This document shows, piece after piece, positions 28,822 through 38,532 of a stretch of 64,000 bases of DNA; positions within the stretch are counted from its first letter, which is position 1; each line of letters starts with the position of its first letter. This DNA comes from Limisphaerales bacterium (GTDB taxonomy: Bacteria > Verrucomicrobiota > Verrucomicrobiia > Limisphaerales > JAJOIW01). Under the pieces are notes generated by a model. It was not told the origin of the DNA. It saw nothing but the letters and a program-made list of their open reading frames with translations, and did no database searches. A program made the translations under genes and the position numbers. The stretch spans positions 192,001 through 256,000 of the forward strand of contig CBFHOE010000007.1 of the NCBI GenBank assembly GCA_965657355.1, read 5' to 3'.

Positions 28822-30450
28822 ATGCGGTTCCATTGTGGAATGCATCAAATAGCACCGATAAAAATTCCTTCGATAGTTGCCTCAATGATTTTGATGGCCG
28901 GAATAGCAGGTTCTTTGAATGCCTCGGATAGATCTAGGCCCAACGTGCTTGTTTACATTGTCGATGATTGGGGGTGGCAAGACACTTCAGTACCATTTTG
29001 GAGCCAAAAGACAAGGTGGAACGATTTTTTTCAAACTCCGAATCTTGAAAAACTAGCATCGACAGGCATGAAATTCACCCAGGCCTATGCCTGCTCCGTG
29101 TGCTCTCCTTCAAGAACCTCAATTATGACCGGACAAAATGCTGCCAGGCATAAAGTCACTAATTGGACCTTACAAAAAAATGGGGAGACATCTCATAAAA
29201 CTCAAAAATTATCGGCACCAACTCACTGGGAAAGGAATGGACTTCAACCTGGCCAGTCCAATATTGCCCAAGTTCTTCAAGATCGAGGATATTTAACAAT
29301 CCACGCAGGTAAAGCTCATTGGGGAGCATTTGACACGCCTGGCTCTGAACCGGAAAACTTAGGTTTCACAATTAATATTGGTGGGCATGCAGCCGGCGGC
29401 CCAGGTCATTACCACGGCGAAAAAAATTACGGGAACAAACCAAAAGGTGGATACACAAAGCCATGGGGAATACCTGGCCTAGAAAAATATCATGGCTCTA
29501 AAACGCATCTCACCGATGCCACCACAATAGAGGCAATCAAAGCCATGAAAAAGGCAGTACAAAACGAAATGCCTTTCTACCTGTATTTGGCGCACTATGC
29601 CGTGCATGCTCCAATTATGCCTCATAGAAAACACGCTATCCATTATGAAGGGAAAAATTATCCAGAATCAACGATTCCCATAACCAAAAGAGAATCCGAC
29701 TATGCCTCGATGGTTGAAGGAATAGATGCCTCATTAGGTGAAGTTTTGAAAGCTATCGAAGAATTAGGGCAATCGGAAAAAACTATAGTCATTGTCCTCA
29801 GCGACAATGGAGGTCTCACCCTTCATGCTCGAGGCCAAAGTCCGTATAAAACGGGTGCGAATTCCCACTGTTGGCCTTTGCGAGAGGGGAAAGGCTCTGC
29901 ATACGAAGGAGGCACTCGAATACCCTTAATTGTATCCTGGGCAAAAACAGGTAAAGGCTCCAATGCCTATCGAGATAAAATAGTTAAAATCCCAAAAAAT
30001 TCAGTCTGTAATATTCCCGTTATTATAGAAGATATACCGATGACAATTTTGGATTTAGTGACAAAAGAAGACCCAAAAAAACTATTACCAAATGCAGATG
30101 GCGTTTCTTTGGTCAGCTTACTTAATGACCCGGAGTTTCATATACCAAATTACACCCGCCCATTAGTATTTCATTACCCACACCAATGGACTGGACGACC
30201 TTCTGGTGGATATCAATCTCATTCCTCTATTCGTAAAGGCGACTGGAAGGCTATCTACTTTTATGAAACCCAAAGTTGGGAGCTTTACAATTTAAAAAAT
30301 GATATTTCTGAGGCAGAAAATTTGGCTTCCAGCCGCCCTGAAACTCTCCGCAAATTGGCGTTAAATTTATCAAGTATACTAGACATGCGAGGAGCTGTTT
30401 TCCCGCGCAATCACCTGAGAGATTCCGAAGAAAAAATTTCATTACCATAA
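28822..30450 (+). CDS. Formylglycine-dependent sulfatase (S1)
   Basis: PNVL-DDWG, CSPSR (CxPxR), GKAH, SDNGG, GKGSAYEGGTR, ELYNL-DISE. True start may be 28840 or 28885. Confidence 0.95.
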   Translation: MRFHCGMHQIAPIKIPSIVASMILMAGIAGSLNASDRSRPNVLVYIVDDWGWQDTSVPFWSQKTRWNDFFQTPNLEKLASTGMKFTQAYACSVCSPSRTSIMTGQNAARHKVTNWTLQKNGETSHKTQKLSAPTHWERNGLQPGQSNIAQVLQDRGYLTIHAGKAHWGAFDTPGSEPENLGFTINIGGHAAGGPGHYHGEKNYGNKPKGGYTKPWGIPGLEKYHGSKTHLTDATTIEAIKAMKKAVQNEMPFYLYLAHYAVHAPIMPHRKHAIHYEGKNYPESTIPITKRESDYASMVEGIDASLGEVLKAIEELGQSEKTIVIVLSDNGGLTLHARGQSPYKTGANSHCWPLREGKGSAYEGGTRIPLIVSWAKTGKGSNAYRDKIVKIPKNSVCNIPVIIEDIPMTILDLVTKEDPKKLLPNADGVSLVSLLNDPEFHIPNYTRPLVFHYPHQWTGRPSGGYQSHSSIRKGDWKAIYFYETQSWELYNLKNDISEAENLASSRPETLRKLALNLSSILDMRGAVFPRNHLRDSEEKISLP

Positions 30451-30576
30451 TGGCACAGAGGCAGGTTCCGGATTAAGTCCATCCAGCAGAAGCGTTTCAC
30501 AAAATAATTACTCCACGATTACAGATTCATGGTAGAATTTTTCTGAAATGGCAAGAATTATAGGAAACAGTCGAAA

Positions 30577-31575
30577 ATGATCCTCTACTTTGCAGCAGTT
30601 TTTTCTGGGCTAATTATACTCCTATGGAGTGCAGATCAATTTGTCGGGGGGGCAGCGAAATTAGCACGCCACTTGGGAATGTCTCCCTTGCTTATTGGGA
30701 TGATTATAGTCGGCTTTGGTACTTCGGCGCCTGAGATGGTTGTTTCCGCCTCAGCTTCAATGCAGGGAAATCCGGGTCTGGCTTTGGGAAATGCTTATGG
30801 CTCAAATATCGCAAACATTGGGCTTATTTTAGGAATCACATCGCTTATTTCACCAATTGTTGTTCATTCAGCGATCCTCAAAAAGGAGTTACCATTCCTA
30901 ACTGGTATTACGACACTAGCTATATTTCTCTTACTAGATGGTATTTTGAATCGATATGATGCTTGGATTTTTATGATCATCTTCTTCGGCTTCATGGGGT
31001 GGAGTGTTTGGGTTGGAAGGAAGTCACCCGCAGATACACTCGCGGACGAAGTCAGTGCCTCTGAATTAAATAGTAGTAAAAACCAAACACTTAAAAGAAA
31101 CCTTTTCGATATATTTGTAGGACTGCTATTACTTATTTCTAGTTCAAAAATACTTGTCTGGGGCGCTGTTGAAATAGCTAAAACCGCAGGAGTGAGTGAT
31201 TTAATGATAGGATTGACAGTAGTTGCTATTGGCACTTCTCTCCCAGAGTTAGCTTCCTCTGTGGCTGCTATTAAAAGAAAAGAAACCGATATAGCAGTCG
31301 GTAACGTGATTGGATCAAATTTGTTCAATACACTTATCGTTGTTGGAATAGCTGGAGCTATCATGCCATTCAAAATTCCCGACCAAGTTCTATCCCGAGA
31401 TATGCTCACAATGGGTATCTTAACCATTTCTCTTTTTATATTTGGTTATGGATTCAAAAGAACGGGTAGAATAAGTAGAATTGAAGGAGCCATACTGCTT
31501 GTGGCCTATCTCATTTACACAGGAATCGTCATAGCCCAGGCCATCAACCAACAAGTTCCTCCGACTCCAAATTAA
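30577..31575 (+). CDS. Calcium/sodium antiporter (YrbG/CaCA family)
   Basis: Two alpha repeats: GTSAPE...GSN and GTSLPE...GSN. Confidence 0.93.
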   Translation: MILYFAAVFSGLIILLWSADQFVGGAAKLARHLGMSPLLIGMIIVGFGTSAPEMVVSASASMQGNPGLALGNAYGSNIANIGLILGITSLISPIVVHSAILKKELPFLTGITTLAIFLLLDGILNRYDAWIFMIIFFGFMGWSVWVGRKSPADTLADEVSASELNSSKNQTLKRNLFDIFVGLLLLISSSKILVWGAVEIAKTAGVSDLMIGLTVVAIGTSLPELASSVAAIKRKETDIAVGNVIGSNLFNTLIVVGIAGAIMPFKIPDQVLSRDMLTMGILTISLFIFGYGFKRTGRISRIEGAILLVAYLIYTGIVIAQAINQQVPPTPN

Positions 31576-31661
31576 ATCCCACAAGCTTCTCTTTAGTATT
31601 TTAAAATACTGGGAGATGTTTCTTTCATTGATCGAGGGTTTGGGGTAAGCCATAAGTCAAC

Positions 31662-32282
31662 ATGCAAAGTCAGCTGCATCCCCCTGAGATATTGGTTTAT
31701 GACCTCGGAAACGTTTTGGTCGATTTTGACTGGATGATAGTCATCAAAAGATTGGCTCAAAAAACGGGCAAAACTATCAGTGACTTCCAACAACTTTTGA
31801 CTAACCCAAAATTGCTTTACGACTATGAAGCAGGAGAAATAACGACACAAGAATTCTTCAATAGAGTGCAGAATTTGATTGGCTATCCCAACTCCTTAGA
31901 TGATTTTCGTTACGATTTTGGAGATATGTTCACTGAAGCAATACAAATGACTCAGCTTCAAAAGAAAATTCGAGCCTCAGGCATCCCTACCTTCATTCTC
32001 TCAAACACAAACGAGATCGCTATCGATTTCATCAAGGACAAATTCCCATTTTTTGGTAACTTTGATGGTTACGTTTTTTCTTATGAAGAAAAATCAATGA
32101 AGCCAAATGTTAGTATTTACCGAGCAATTGAAAAAATATCAGGAAAATCAGGAAACCAAATTGCCTTCATTGATGACAATATAGAAAACATCGAAGGAGC
32201 CATTCAATTGGGTTGGTCGGCACAACAACACGTCTCATTTGAAAGCACCAAAGATTTCTTTAGAAACTTAGGCCTTATTTAG
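31662..32282 (+). CDS. HAD-family phosphatase (YihX-like)
   Basis: YDLGNVL, LSNTN, KP, FIDD-EN. Confidence 0.9.
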   Translation: MQSQLHPPEILVYDLGNVLVDFDWMIVIKRLAQKTGKTISDFQQLLTNPKLLYDYEAGEITTQEFFNRVQNLIGYPNSLDDFRYDFGDMFTEAIQMTQLQKKIRASGIPTFILSNTNEIAIDFIKDKFPFFGNFDGYVFSYEEKSMKPNVSIYRAIEKISGKSGNQIAFIDDNIENIEGAIQLGWSAQQHVSFESTKDFFRNLGLI

Positions 32283-32283
32283 T

Positions 32284-33495
32284 TTAATCCAATTGCTTCA
32301 TTATACTTTGAACAACGGACTCCATTGCATCCTCTTGTTCAATTACAGACTGCACCAGCTTAAACTGGGTTCGACACCTGTCGAGGTTATGCCCCGGCCT
32401 GTGAACTCTGAAGTAAAAATCTCCAGAAAGGAAATCTGTTAAAAATCTCAGTCCGATAGTAAGTGGCATAAGTTTTCCAGAAAAGACGACATACTTAATT
32501 TCTCCAGGGGTCATGACTTTTCCTGTCTCTCCCAAATATCCTTTTGCAAGTCCCTCAAACATTTCCATCCTCATATTTACTCTAGAAAGATCTTTTTCAT
32601 CTTCCAGAGTAGGACTCGTAGTTGTTCTCACCATGTCTCCAAAATCGTACAAGGCAAGTCCAGGCATCACCGTGTCAAGGTCGACCACGCACATCGCCTT
32701 ACCAGAATTCACATCCAGAAGAACATTATTAAATTTGGTATCATTGTGCGTAATTCGCTCAGGAATTTCTCCTGCTTCAAATGCATTGAGAAGAACATCG
32801 ACAATTGGTTCGTTTTTAATGGCGAAATCAATTTCCTTTTTAGCTTGAGAGGCTCGGTTGTATCTGTCTTCTTCCAAAGCCCTTTTAAAGGCCTCGAATC
32901 TTTTTCTTGAATGGTGAAAATATGGAATTGTTTCAAAAAGCCTATCTCCTTCAAGGCCAGTTAAACATTTCTGAAATTTCCCAAAACCTCTACCCGCCTC
33001 GACGGCTTGACCAGGTGATTCAACAGCCTCGTAGCTCTTCACATTTTCAACGAAGAGGAAAGTTCGCCAAAAATCACCATTGGGATCTCTGTAAAAAGGC
33101 TGATCATCTCGGGTAGGAATAATTGTGATGACCTTGCGTGTAACTTCGGACTCCGACTCCTTCTCTAAATGTTCGCGAATATGATTTGTGACTCGCATCA
33201 TGTTGCCCATTACCTCGTCGGGCTTTTTGAAAACGTTCTTGTTTATCTTTTGATGCACATAACGAACCGGAATTCCTCCCTGACCATAGGTTGCTATATA
33301 CGTTTCATTGATATGCCCGATCTTACAGGCTTCCGCTCGGAGAATTTCGCCGTATATTTGAAATTGCTTGGAAATAGATTGAAGCTGAGCTTCGCTGTAA
33401 CCAGTCATACGAGATTGCGGCGGAAAAGGCTGATCTTTCTCACCATTACTTTGGTTCTCTTTTAGGTTTTTGGAACTTGAGTATTGTTCTTCCAC
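32284..33495 (-). CDS. APH-fold sugar kinase (N-acetylhexosamine 1-kinase/NahK-like)
   Basis: GHINETY, THNDTKFNN, VDLDTVMPG, DFGD, RFLTDFL-GD-YF. Start could be ATG 33408. Confidence 0.82.
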   Translation of the reverse strand: MEEQYSSSKNLKENQSNGEKDQPFPPQSRMTGYSEAQLQSISKQFQIYGEILRAEACKIGHINETYIATYGQGGIPVRYVHQKINKNVFKKPDEVMGNMMRVTNHIREHLEKESESEVTRKVITIIPTRDDQPFYRDPNGDFWRTFLFVENVKSYEAVESPGQAVEAGRGFGKFQKCLTGLEGDRLFETIPYFHHSRKRFEAFKRALEEDRYNRASQAKKEIDFAIKNEPIVDVLLNAFEAGEIPERITHNDTKFNNVLLDVNSGKAMCVVDLDTVMPGLALYDFGDMVRTTTSPTLEDEKDLSRVNMRMEMFEGLAKGYLGETGKVMTPGEIKYVVFSGKLMPLTIGLRFLTDFLSGDFYFRVHRPGHNLDRCRTQFKLVQSVIEQEDAMESVVQSIMKQLD

Positions 33496-33611
33496 TTTAT
33501 TAAAATCTAAGTTACGATATCATGCCTTTTCGGCAAAAATAACAGATCAAATATCCATAAAACCTGCAGTATTGGAAGCTTTTTGTGAAGCGTTGTCATG
33601 AGAATGTGAAG

Positions 33612-33646
33612 TGGACAAATGATAAAGAAACTTCTATTGTCCCAAA
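33612..33646 (+). promoter_or_regulatory. sigma70-like promoter implying leaderless larA mRNA, overlapped by an inverted repeat
   Basis: TGGACA(33612-33617)-N17-TATTGT(33635-33640)-N6-ATG; GGACAA-N18-TTGTCC at 33613-33642. Confidence 0.55.
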
Positions 33647-34930
33647 ATGAATGTGGAATTGGCTTATGGAGAAGGGACGGTCAACGTGGATTTCCCAGAA
33701 AACAAAACAACTGTTATTAGCCCAACACATATTCCAGGTTTAACGGATGAGAAAGCGGCTATCATGAATGCGCTTTCAAGCCCTACAGGTAGCCAGAGTT
33801 TACTGAATAGAGTAAGTCCATCAGACAAAATCTGTATCCTCTTCACTGATATAACCAGAGCCACACCAAACCACAAAATTATTCCCTGGATTTTAGAGCA
33901 TCTAAAAGACCATCCAAAGGAAAATATCATTCTCCTAAATCAACTCGGCACACATCGACCAAACACAAAAGAAGAGCTCGAAAAGATGCTCACTCCGGAA
34001 GTGGTCGCCCAGTATAACGTGATAAACCATGAGCCTGAAAATGAGGACGCTCTGATTGAAGTTGGCCAAACTTATGATGGAACCCCGGCCCTAATTAATA
34101 AGCACGCTGTAAATGCAGATCTGAGAATCGTTACGGGCTTTATTGAACCACATTTTTTTGCAGGCTTTAGTGGTGGGCCGAAAGGTATAATGCCAGGAGT
34201 CGCCGGTTTGAGAACAGTGATGAGCAACCATGGATATAAAAATATCGGGAACCCTCAATCGACATTTGGCGTTACTTTTGGAAATCCGCTTTGGGAGGAA
34301 TTGCGGTCAATTGCTCTAAAAACCGGACCTTCATTCCTACTCAATGTGACATTAAACGAGCAAAGAGATATTACAGGTGTTTTTGCTGGAGATTTGATTG
34401 AAGCACACCAGGCAGGAACAAAGTTTGTAAAAAAACTTGCTATGCAAGAAGTTGATGAACCATTTGATGTGGTCATTACTACCAACAGTGGTTACCCGCT
34501 AGATATGAATTTATATCAAGGAGTTAAAGGCATGAGTGCCGGTGCAAGAATTGTAAAAACCGGAGGCCTCCTTATCCTTGCAGCTGAATGCCGAGAAGGT
34601 GTACCAGCAAAAAGCCCTCTAGATATTTTGCTTCGTGGGGCTCAATCCCCTGAAGAAATTCTCACTCAGCTTGCAACCCCTGGCTTTGTAAAACCAGAGC
34701 AATGGCAAGCACAAATCCAGGCTCTAGTGCAAAAAAGAGCAGAAGTCATGGTTTATTCGTCCTTGTCTTCAGAAACTTTAAAGGCGGCACATTTGACCCC
34801 CTGCGAGGATATAGGAAAGGAAGTTTCGGAGAGGCTCTCAAAGCTCGGAGATTCTGCCAGAGTTGCAGTTCTTCCGCAGGGCCCACTAACCATTCCTTAT
34901 TTACCACAAAGTGAGGTCGCTTTCGCTTAA
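33647..34930 (+). CDS. larA: Nickel-pincer-dependent lactate racemase family protein (LarA)
   Basis: DITRATP, GTHR, IEPHFFAGFSGGPK, NH, NLYQGVKG. Confidence 0.92.
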   Translation: MNVELAYGEGTVNVDFPENKTTVISPTHIPGLTDEKAAIMNALSSPTGSQSLLNRVSPSDKICILFTDITRATPNHKIIPWILEHLKDHPKENIILLNQLGTHRPNTKEELEKMLTPEVVAQYNVINHEPENEDALIEVGQTYDGTPALINKHAVNADLRIVTGFIEPHFFAGFSGGPKGIMPGVAGLRTVMSNHGYKNIGNPQSTFGVTFGNPLWEELRSIALKTGPSFLLNVTLNEQRDITGVFAGDLIEAHQAGTKFVKKLAMQEVDEPFDVVITTNSGYPLDMNLYQGVKGMSAGARIVKTGGLLILAAECREGVPAKSPLDILLRGAQSPEEILTQLATPGFVKPEQWQAQIQALVQKRAEVMVYSSLSSETLKAAHLTPCEDIGKEVSERLSKLGDSARVAVLPQGPLTIPYLPQSEVAFA

Positions 34931-34950
34931 GTTTAAATAGAGAATCGATT

Positions 34951-35754
34951 ATGCCCTTGCCCTACGACTACCATATGCACACCCCGTTATGCCATCACGC
35001 CGTCGGGGAACCCATTGACTATGCCGAAGAAGCAACGAAGAAAGGAATCTCAGAAATTGGCTTCTCTGAGCATTCCCCAATGGAACAGGACGATTTTGAT
35101 GAATGGAGAATGTATCTAAGCGATATCAACGAATACATAAATAAAATCAAAATTGCCCGAGAGGCTTTTCCTGAATTAAGAATTAAAATTGGCCTCGAAG
35201 TTGATTATATTCCGGGATACGAGAGCTGGATAAAACACCTCAAAACTCTCCACAATTGGGACTATTTTATCGGGTCTGTTCATTATTTAGATAATAAATG
35301 GGACTTCGATAATCCCGATAAATTAGACATTTGGCATAGCCAAGACACCTTTGATGTTTGGCGCAATTATTTTGGCAAATTAACTCAAGCCGCTCAATCG
35401 GGACTCTTCCACACTATAGGACACCCAGACCTGTGTAAAAAATTCGCTATATACCCAAAACAAGAAACGATTTCACTTTGGTTGCCATTTCTCAACGCCG
35501 TCAAAGAAAATAATATAGCAATAGAGCTAAATACAGCCGGCAATTACAAGAAATGCAAAGAAATTTATCCACATCCTGAGATCCTGAAGCACGCTGCAAA
35601 AATGGACATCCCTCTTTCTTTTGCAAGTGACGCACATGCTCCAAATGAAGTTGGAAGAGATTGGAATTTGGCTGTGAAACTAGCCAAAGAGTGCGGATTC
35701 AAGCAGTTTTGTGCTTTCGACCAAGGAGAGAGGTCGCTTCTCCCACTTGATTGA
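34951..35754 (+). CDS. hisJ: PHP-family histidinol-phosphatase (HisJ/HisK type)
   Basis: DYHMHT, SEH, GLEVD, GSVH, GHPD, ELNT, SDAH. Confidence 0.85.
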   Translation: MPLPYDYHMHTPLCHHAVGEPIDYAEEATKKGISEIGFSEHSPMEQDDFDEWRMYLSDINEYINKIKIAREAFPELRIKIGLEVDYIPGYESWIKHLKTLHNWDYFIGSVHYLDNKWDFDNPDKLDIWHSQDTFDVWRNYFGKLTQAAQSGLFHTIGHPDLCKKFAIYPKQETISLWLPFLNAVKENNIAIELNTAGNYKKCKEIYPHPEILKHAAKMDIPLSFASDAHAPNEVGRDWNLAVKLAKECGFKQFCAFDQGERSLLPLD

Positions 35755-35776
35755 ATTCCGGGTTCCACAAGCCTGA

Positions 35777-38341
35777 TCATTCGAGCAAATGATCTACAGC
35801 TTCAAAGATTTCATTTTCTATTGAACTGAGGTGTGCGTTGATCTTCTTTCCTCTATAAAATGAAATAAAACCCACAGCTCTTACTTTTTCACCAGGCCCA
35901 CAGTCAGGAAATTGAGGATCGGAATGTATGCATGGCACTGGAGGATTGTTCCAAGTTCTTTTCAAGCTCTGCCATCCAGTAACGACCCACTTATCGCCTT
36001 CGCGATTACCTTTTGCGACTATCGACCCTAATTTGGCAATTCTTCCCCTATTTTGATCTTGAAACCCATCAAGTCCTTTTAAGTGATTGCACACTTGTGC
36101 ACTCAAAGAGCTGAGTCTTTGGTCAGACAAATTTTCAATTTCCATTTGCATTCCAACGATTTTTTCACCAGGCACGACTTTAACGTCAAATTTTAAAATT
36201 GGATTATCTATAGTGGGCACGACGCGGTGGGATGTGAGTGCGCCTCCAGGCCTTTCATAAGACCACTCAATCTTAGAATTTTGATATTCGGAATTCTTCA
36301 TTTCCCAAACAGTAGGGATGTGCTTGTGTGCCAAAAAGGTTAGTCCCAGGTTCGACCATATCGCCTCCGGCAAATCAACGACGACATATGAAAATTCATC
36401 CCATGGAGCAAAGACACTAAACTTTGTATCTCTTTGTGGATTAATGGCACCGTCAAGGAATCCAATTCTTGGATGCCGCCCTCCAGGGTATGGAAGAATT
36501 AGAAGATCTTCAGATTCATACGGATCAGGAAGTTGTTCTTGAAGTAAAAAAGAATAAATTTCGTTTTTATCTAGTCCAGTAGCAACCACCGTCTCCGAAG
36601 GTGCAAGACCGTGATTGAGCAAAGCATTTCGTAACCAAAATTCTTTTTCCTCTGAGTTTTTGGGAATTCTTGATTCAAGTTGATAAGGATTGTTACCTGA
36701 TGTTTTCAATTGCTCAAACCTTTGCAAAGCTTTCTCATATTCCAAAATGGATTGTTCTCCTAAGAGCCCGCGAGATCGAGTCATCTCAGCCTTAACGCGA
36801 GAGGTTAAATATTGCTTCTCTTGATCAGTTGGAAGGTATGGTTTATTATTATTTTCAAATTTCCAGACACCTGTGTGAGCAAACCTATTCCTACCACTTT
36901 TCAATTCCTCAAAGCATCTAAAAGATATCCAAGATGATTGACTCGGAGAATACTCAAAAGAGAAAGCAGTCTTAAATGAGGAATTATCAGACTGCACATT
37001 TGATCCCATTATTGTTTTTCGGGGTATTCCGTTTTCAATCATTTCAATAAAAGAAATAGGCTGAGAACTCATTACCTCTCCAATTACTGAGTATGATTTT
37101 GGTTTGTTGGATATCGGAAAACTCTTCCCTGAAAATTGATTTTCTACTCGAACAAAGATCATGGGACCAGTCGTAACAAAGCCCTCCCCTTTTTTTAAAG
37201 ACTCATATAGTTTTCCATAATCAAATTTCTGACCAATTGGCAAATAGACACGACCAAAACCAACGGGAACGGGATGAACCCCACTTGCGGTCCCAGCTAC
37301 CGGAACAAGATCAAAACCCGCATTTAAAAGCGTATAATACATTCCAAAGGTATACCGCATCCAATCCCACTCCTGACCAGATTTACCTCCAGAAGGTGGT
37401 TGCATCCAATGCGGAGCTTTCGTATTCCAATCTGAAAAGGCAAATTCAGTGCGCCACATATGATTGTTGGCTAATTCATAAAGCCTTGCTCCCGTGACAT
37501 GGGGCAGGATCATTGAAAAAGGCCAATCCAGTTTATCCATATCCATCAAAGCTCCTTCATGACGGGCTCTTTCTGATACGTGCTTCCATGGAGGAACACT
37601 AAGATCTAGCATAGACTCATGACCCAGAATAAATAAGGCTCCCAGCGTGTGTCTTTTCTGGTTAACTGTGAAAATTTCATATTCTGTATTTCGAGGCCAG
37701 ATCACATGGGTATCATCAATTGTTATTAAATGGTTGGGAATATCACCCTGTTGATTTTTATCACCAGAGCGAGGAGGCAGGCCAGATCTCGTCACCCAGC
37801 TTGTTAAAGGAAAAGTAACACTTAAATCCTCTACCTTTTGAATTATTTTCAAATCTTCAAGGGAGCGATGAATGTGAGTTTCGGTGGAATACCAGCCACG
37901 CTTTTCCATGTTAACCCACCGTTTTAAGTCGACAATAATTTCCCGAGACTCATTATTTCTCTCAGAAACGTTAATCTCCATCTCAAATGGGTGGTATTCT
38001 TTACCTTTTTCAATTCTTAATAAGTACTCCCCTTCCGGTATTTCGACTCGCCCTGGATATTGAGAGATGGAAGAATATTTTTCAAAGGCGTTTTTGTTTA
38101 CCCAGTTTGTCTTATCGTAAAAGGTAATGGATTCAGTGGGTATTTTTTCATTTAGAAAAAACCACTTATCCCCGGCCTTATTAGAAATATAAATCCTGGC
38201 AGGTGCGTGTTTTTTCGTTTCGCTGTCCCTCACAATGATAAAAAACTCAGCGGCCTGAAGGCACTGAAAAGCGAAAGTAAAAATGAGACAATGTAAAATT
38301 AAACCCGCGGATTTTATCCAAAAAAGACCAGAAGAGCCCAT
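35777..38341 (-). CDS. Secreted CehA/McbA-like PHP metallohydrolase fused to an unknown C-terminal domain
   Basis: KGKEY, GWYSTETHIH, ELANNH, GTASGVH, GRVY, FVTTGP, FAHT; C-terminal PYPGGRHPRIGF block. ATG 38341 favoured by TATAAT-N6; ORF track start is 38398. Confidence 0.7.
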   Translation of the reverse strand: MGSSGLFWIKSAGLILHCLIFTFAFQCLQAAEFFIIVRDSETKKHAPARIYISNKAGDKWFFLNEKIPTESITFYDKTNWVNKNAFEKYSSISQYPGRVEIPEGEYLLRIEKGKEYHPFEMEINVSERNNESREIIVDLKRWVNMEKRGWYSTETHIHRSLEDLKIIQKVEDLSVTFPLTSWVTRSGLPPRSGDKNQQGDIPNHLITIDDTHVIWPRNTEYEIFTVNQKRHTLGALFILGHESMLDLSVPPWKHVSERARHEGALMDMDKLDWPFSMILPHVTGARLYELANNHMWRTEFAFSDWNTKAPHWMQPPSGGKSGQEWDWMRYTFGMYYTLLNAGFDLVPVAGTASGVHPVPVGFGRVYLPIGQKFDYGKLYESLKKGEGFVTTGPMIFVRVENQFSGKSFPISNKPKSYSVIGEVMSSQPISFIEMIENGIPRKTIMGSNVQSDNSSFKTAFSFEYSPSQSSWISFRCFEELKSGRNRFAHTGVWKFENNNKPYLPTDQEKQYLTSRVKAEMTRSRGLLGEQSILEYEKALQRFEQLKTSGNNPYQLESRIPKNSEEKEFWLRNALLNHGLAPSETVVATGLDKNEIYSFLLQEQLPDPYESEDLLILPYPGGRHPRIGFLDGAINPQRDTKFSVFAPWDEFSYVVVDLPEAIWSNLGLTFLAHKHIPTVWEMKNSEYQNSKIEWSYERPGGALTSHRVVPTIDNPILKFDVKVVPGEKIVGMQMEIENLSDQRLSSLSAQVCNHLKGLDGFQDQNRGRIAKLGSIVAKGNREGDKWVVTGWQSLKRTWNNPPVPCIHSDPQFPDCGPGEKVRAVGFISFYRGKKINAHLSSIENEIFEAVDHLLE

Positions 38342-38532
38342 ATAATAATTATATGAATACCGATTTATCCCACAACAGAATTTCAGTGAATTATTCACTA
38401 AAATCCCTGCCGCGAATTGAAGAAACTAGGAATTGTTCCTGGGTATTTGGAATAAAAAGACAATCCAAAAATACGTTAAGTCAACAATACGTATGATCTT
38501 GTTTGAAAACGTTATAAAAAGCTGACCCCGAA

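Noticed and set aside
28535..28885. 116-aa minus-strand ORF
   Set aside because: Overlaps the starts of both the CotH giant and the sulfatase; no motifs.
30451..30576. Possible yybP-ykoY riboswitch before the Ca/Na antiporter
   Set aside because: No recognisable conserved core or extended pairing.
30864..31427. 187-aa antisense ORF
   Set aside because: Lies wholly opposite the Ca/Na antiporter and has no recognisable motifs.
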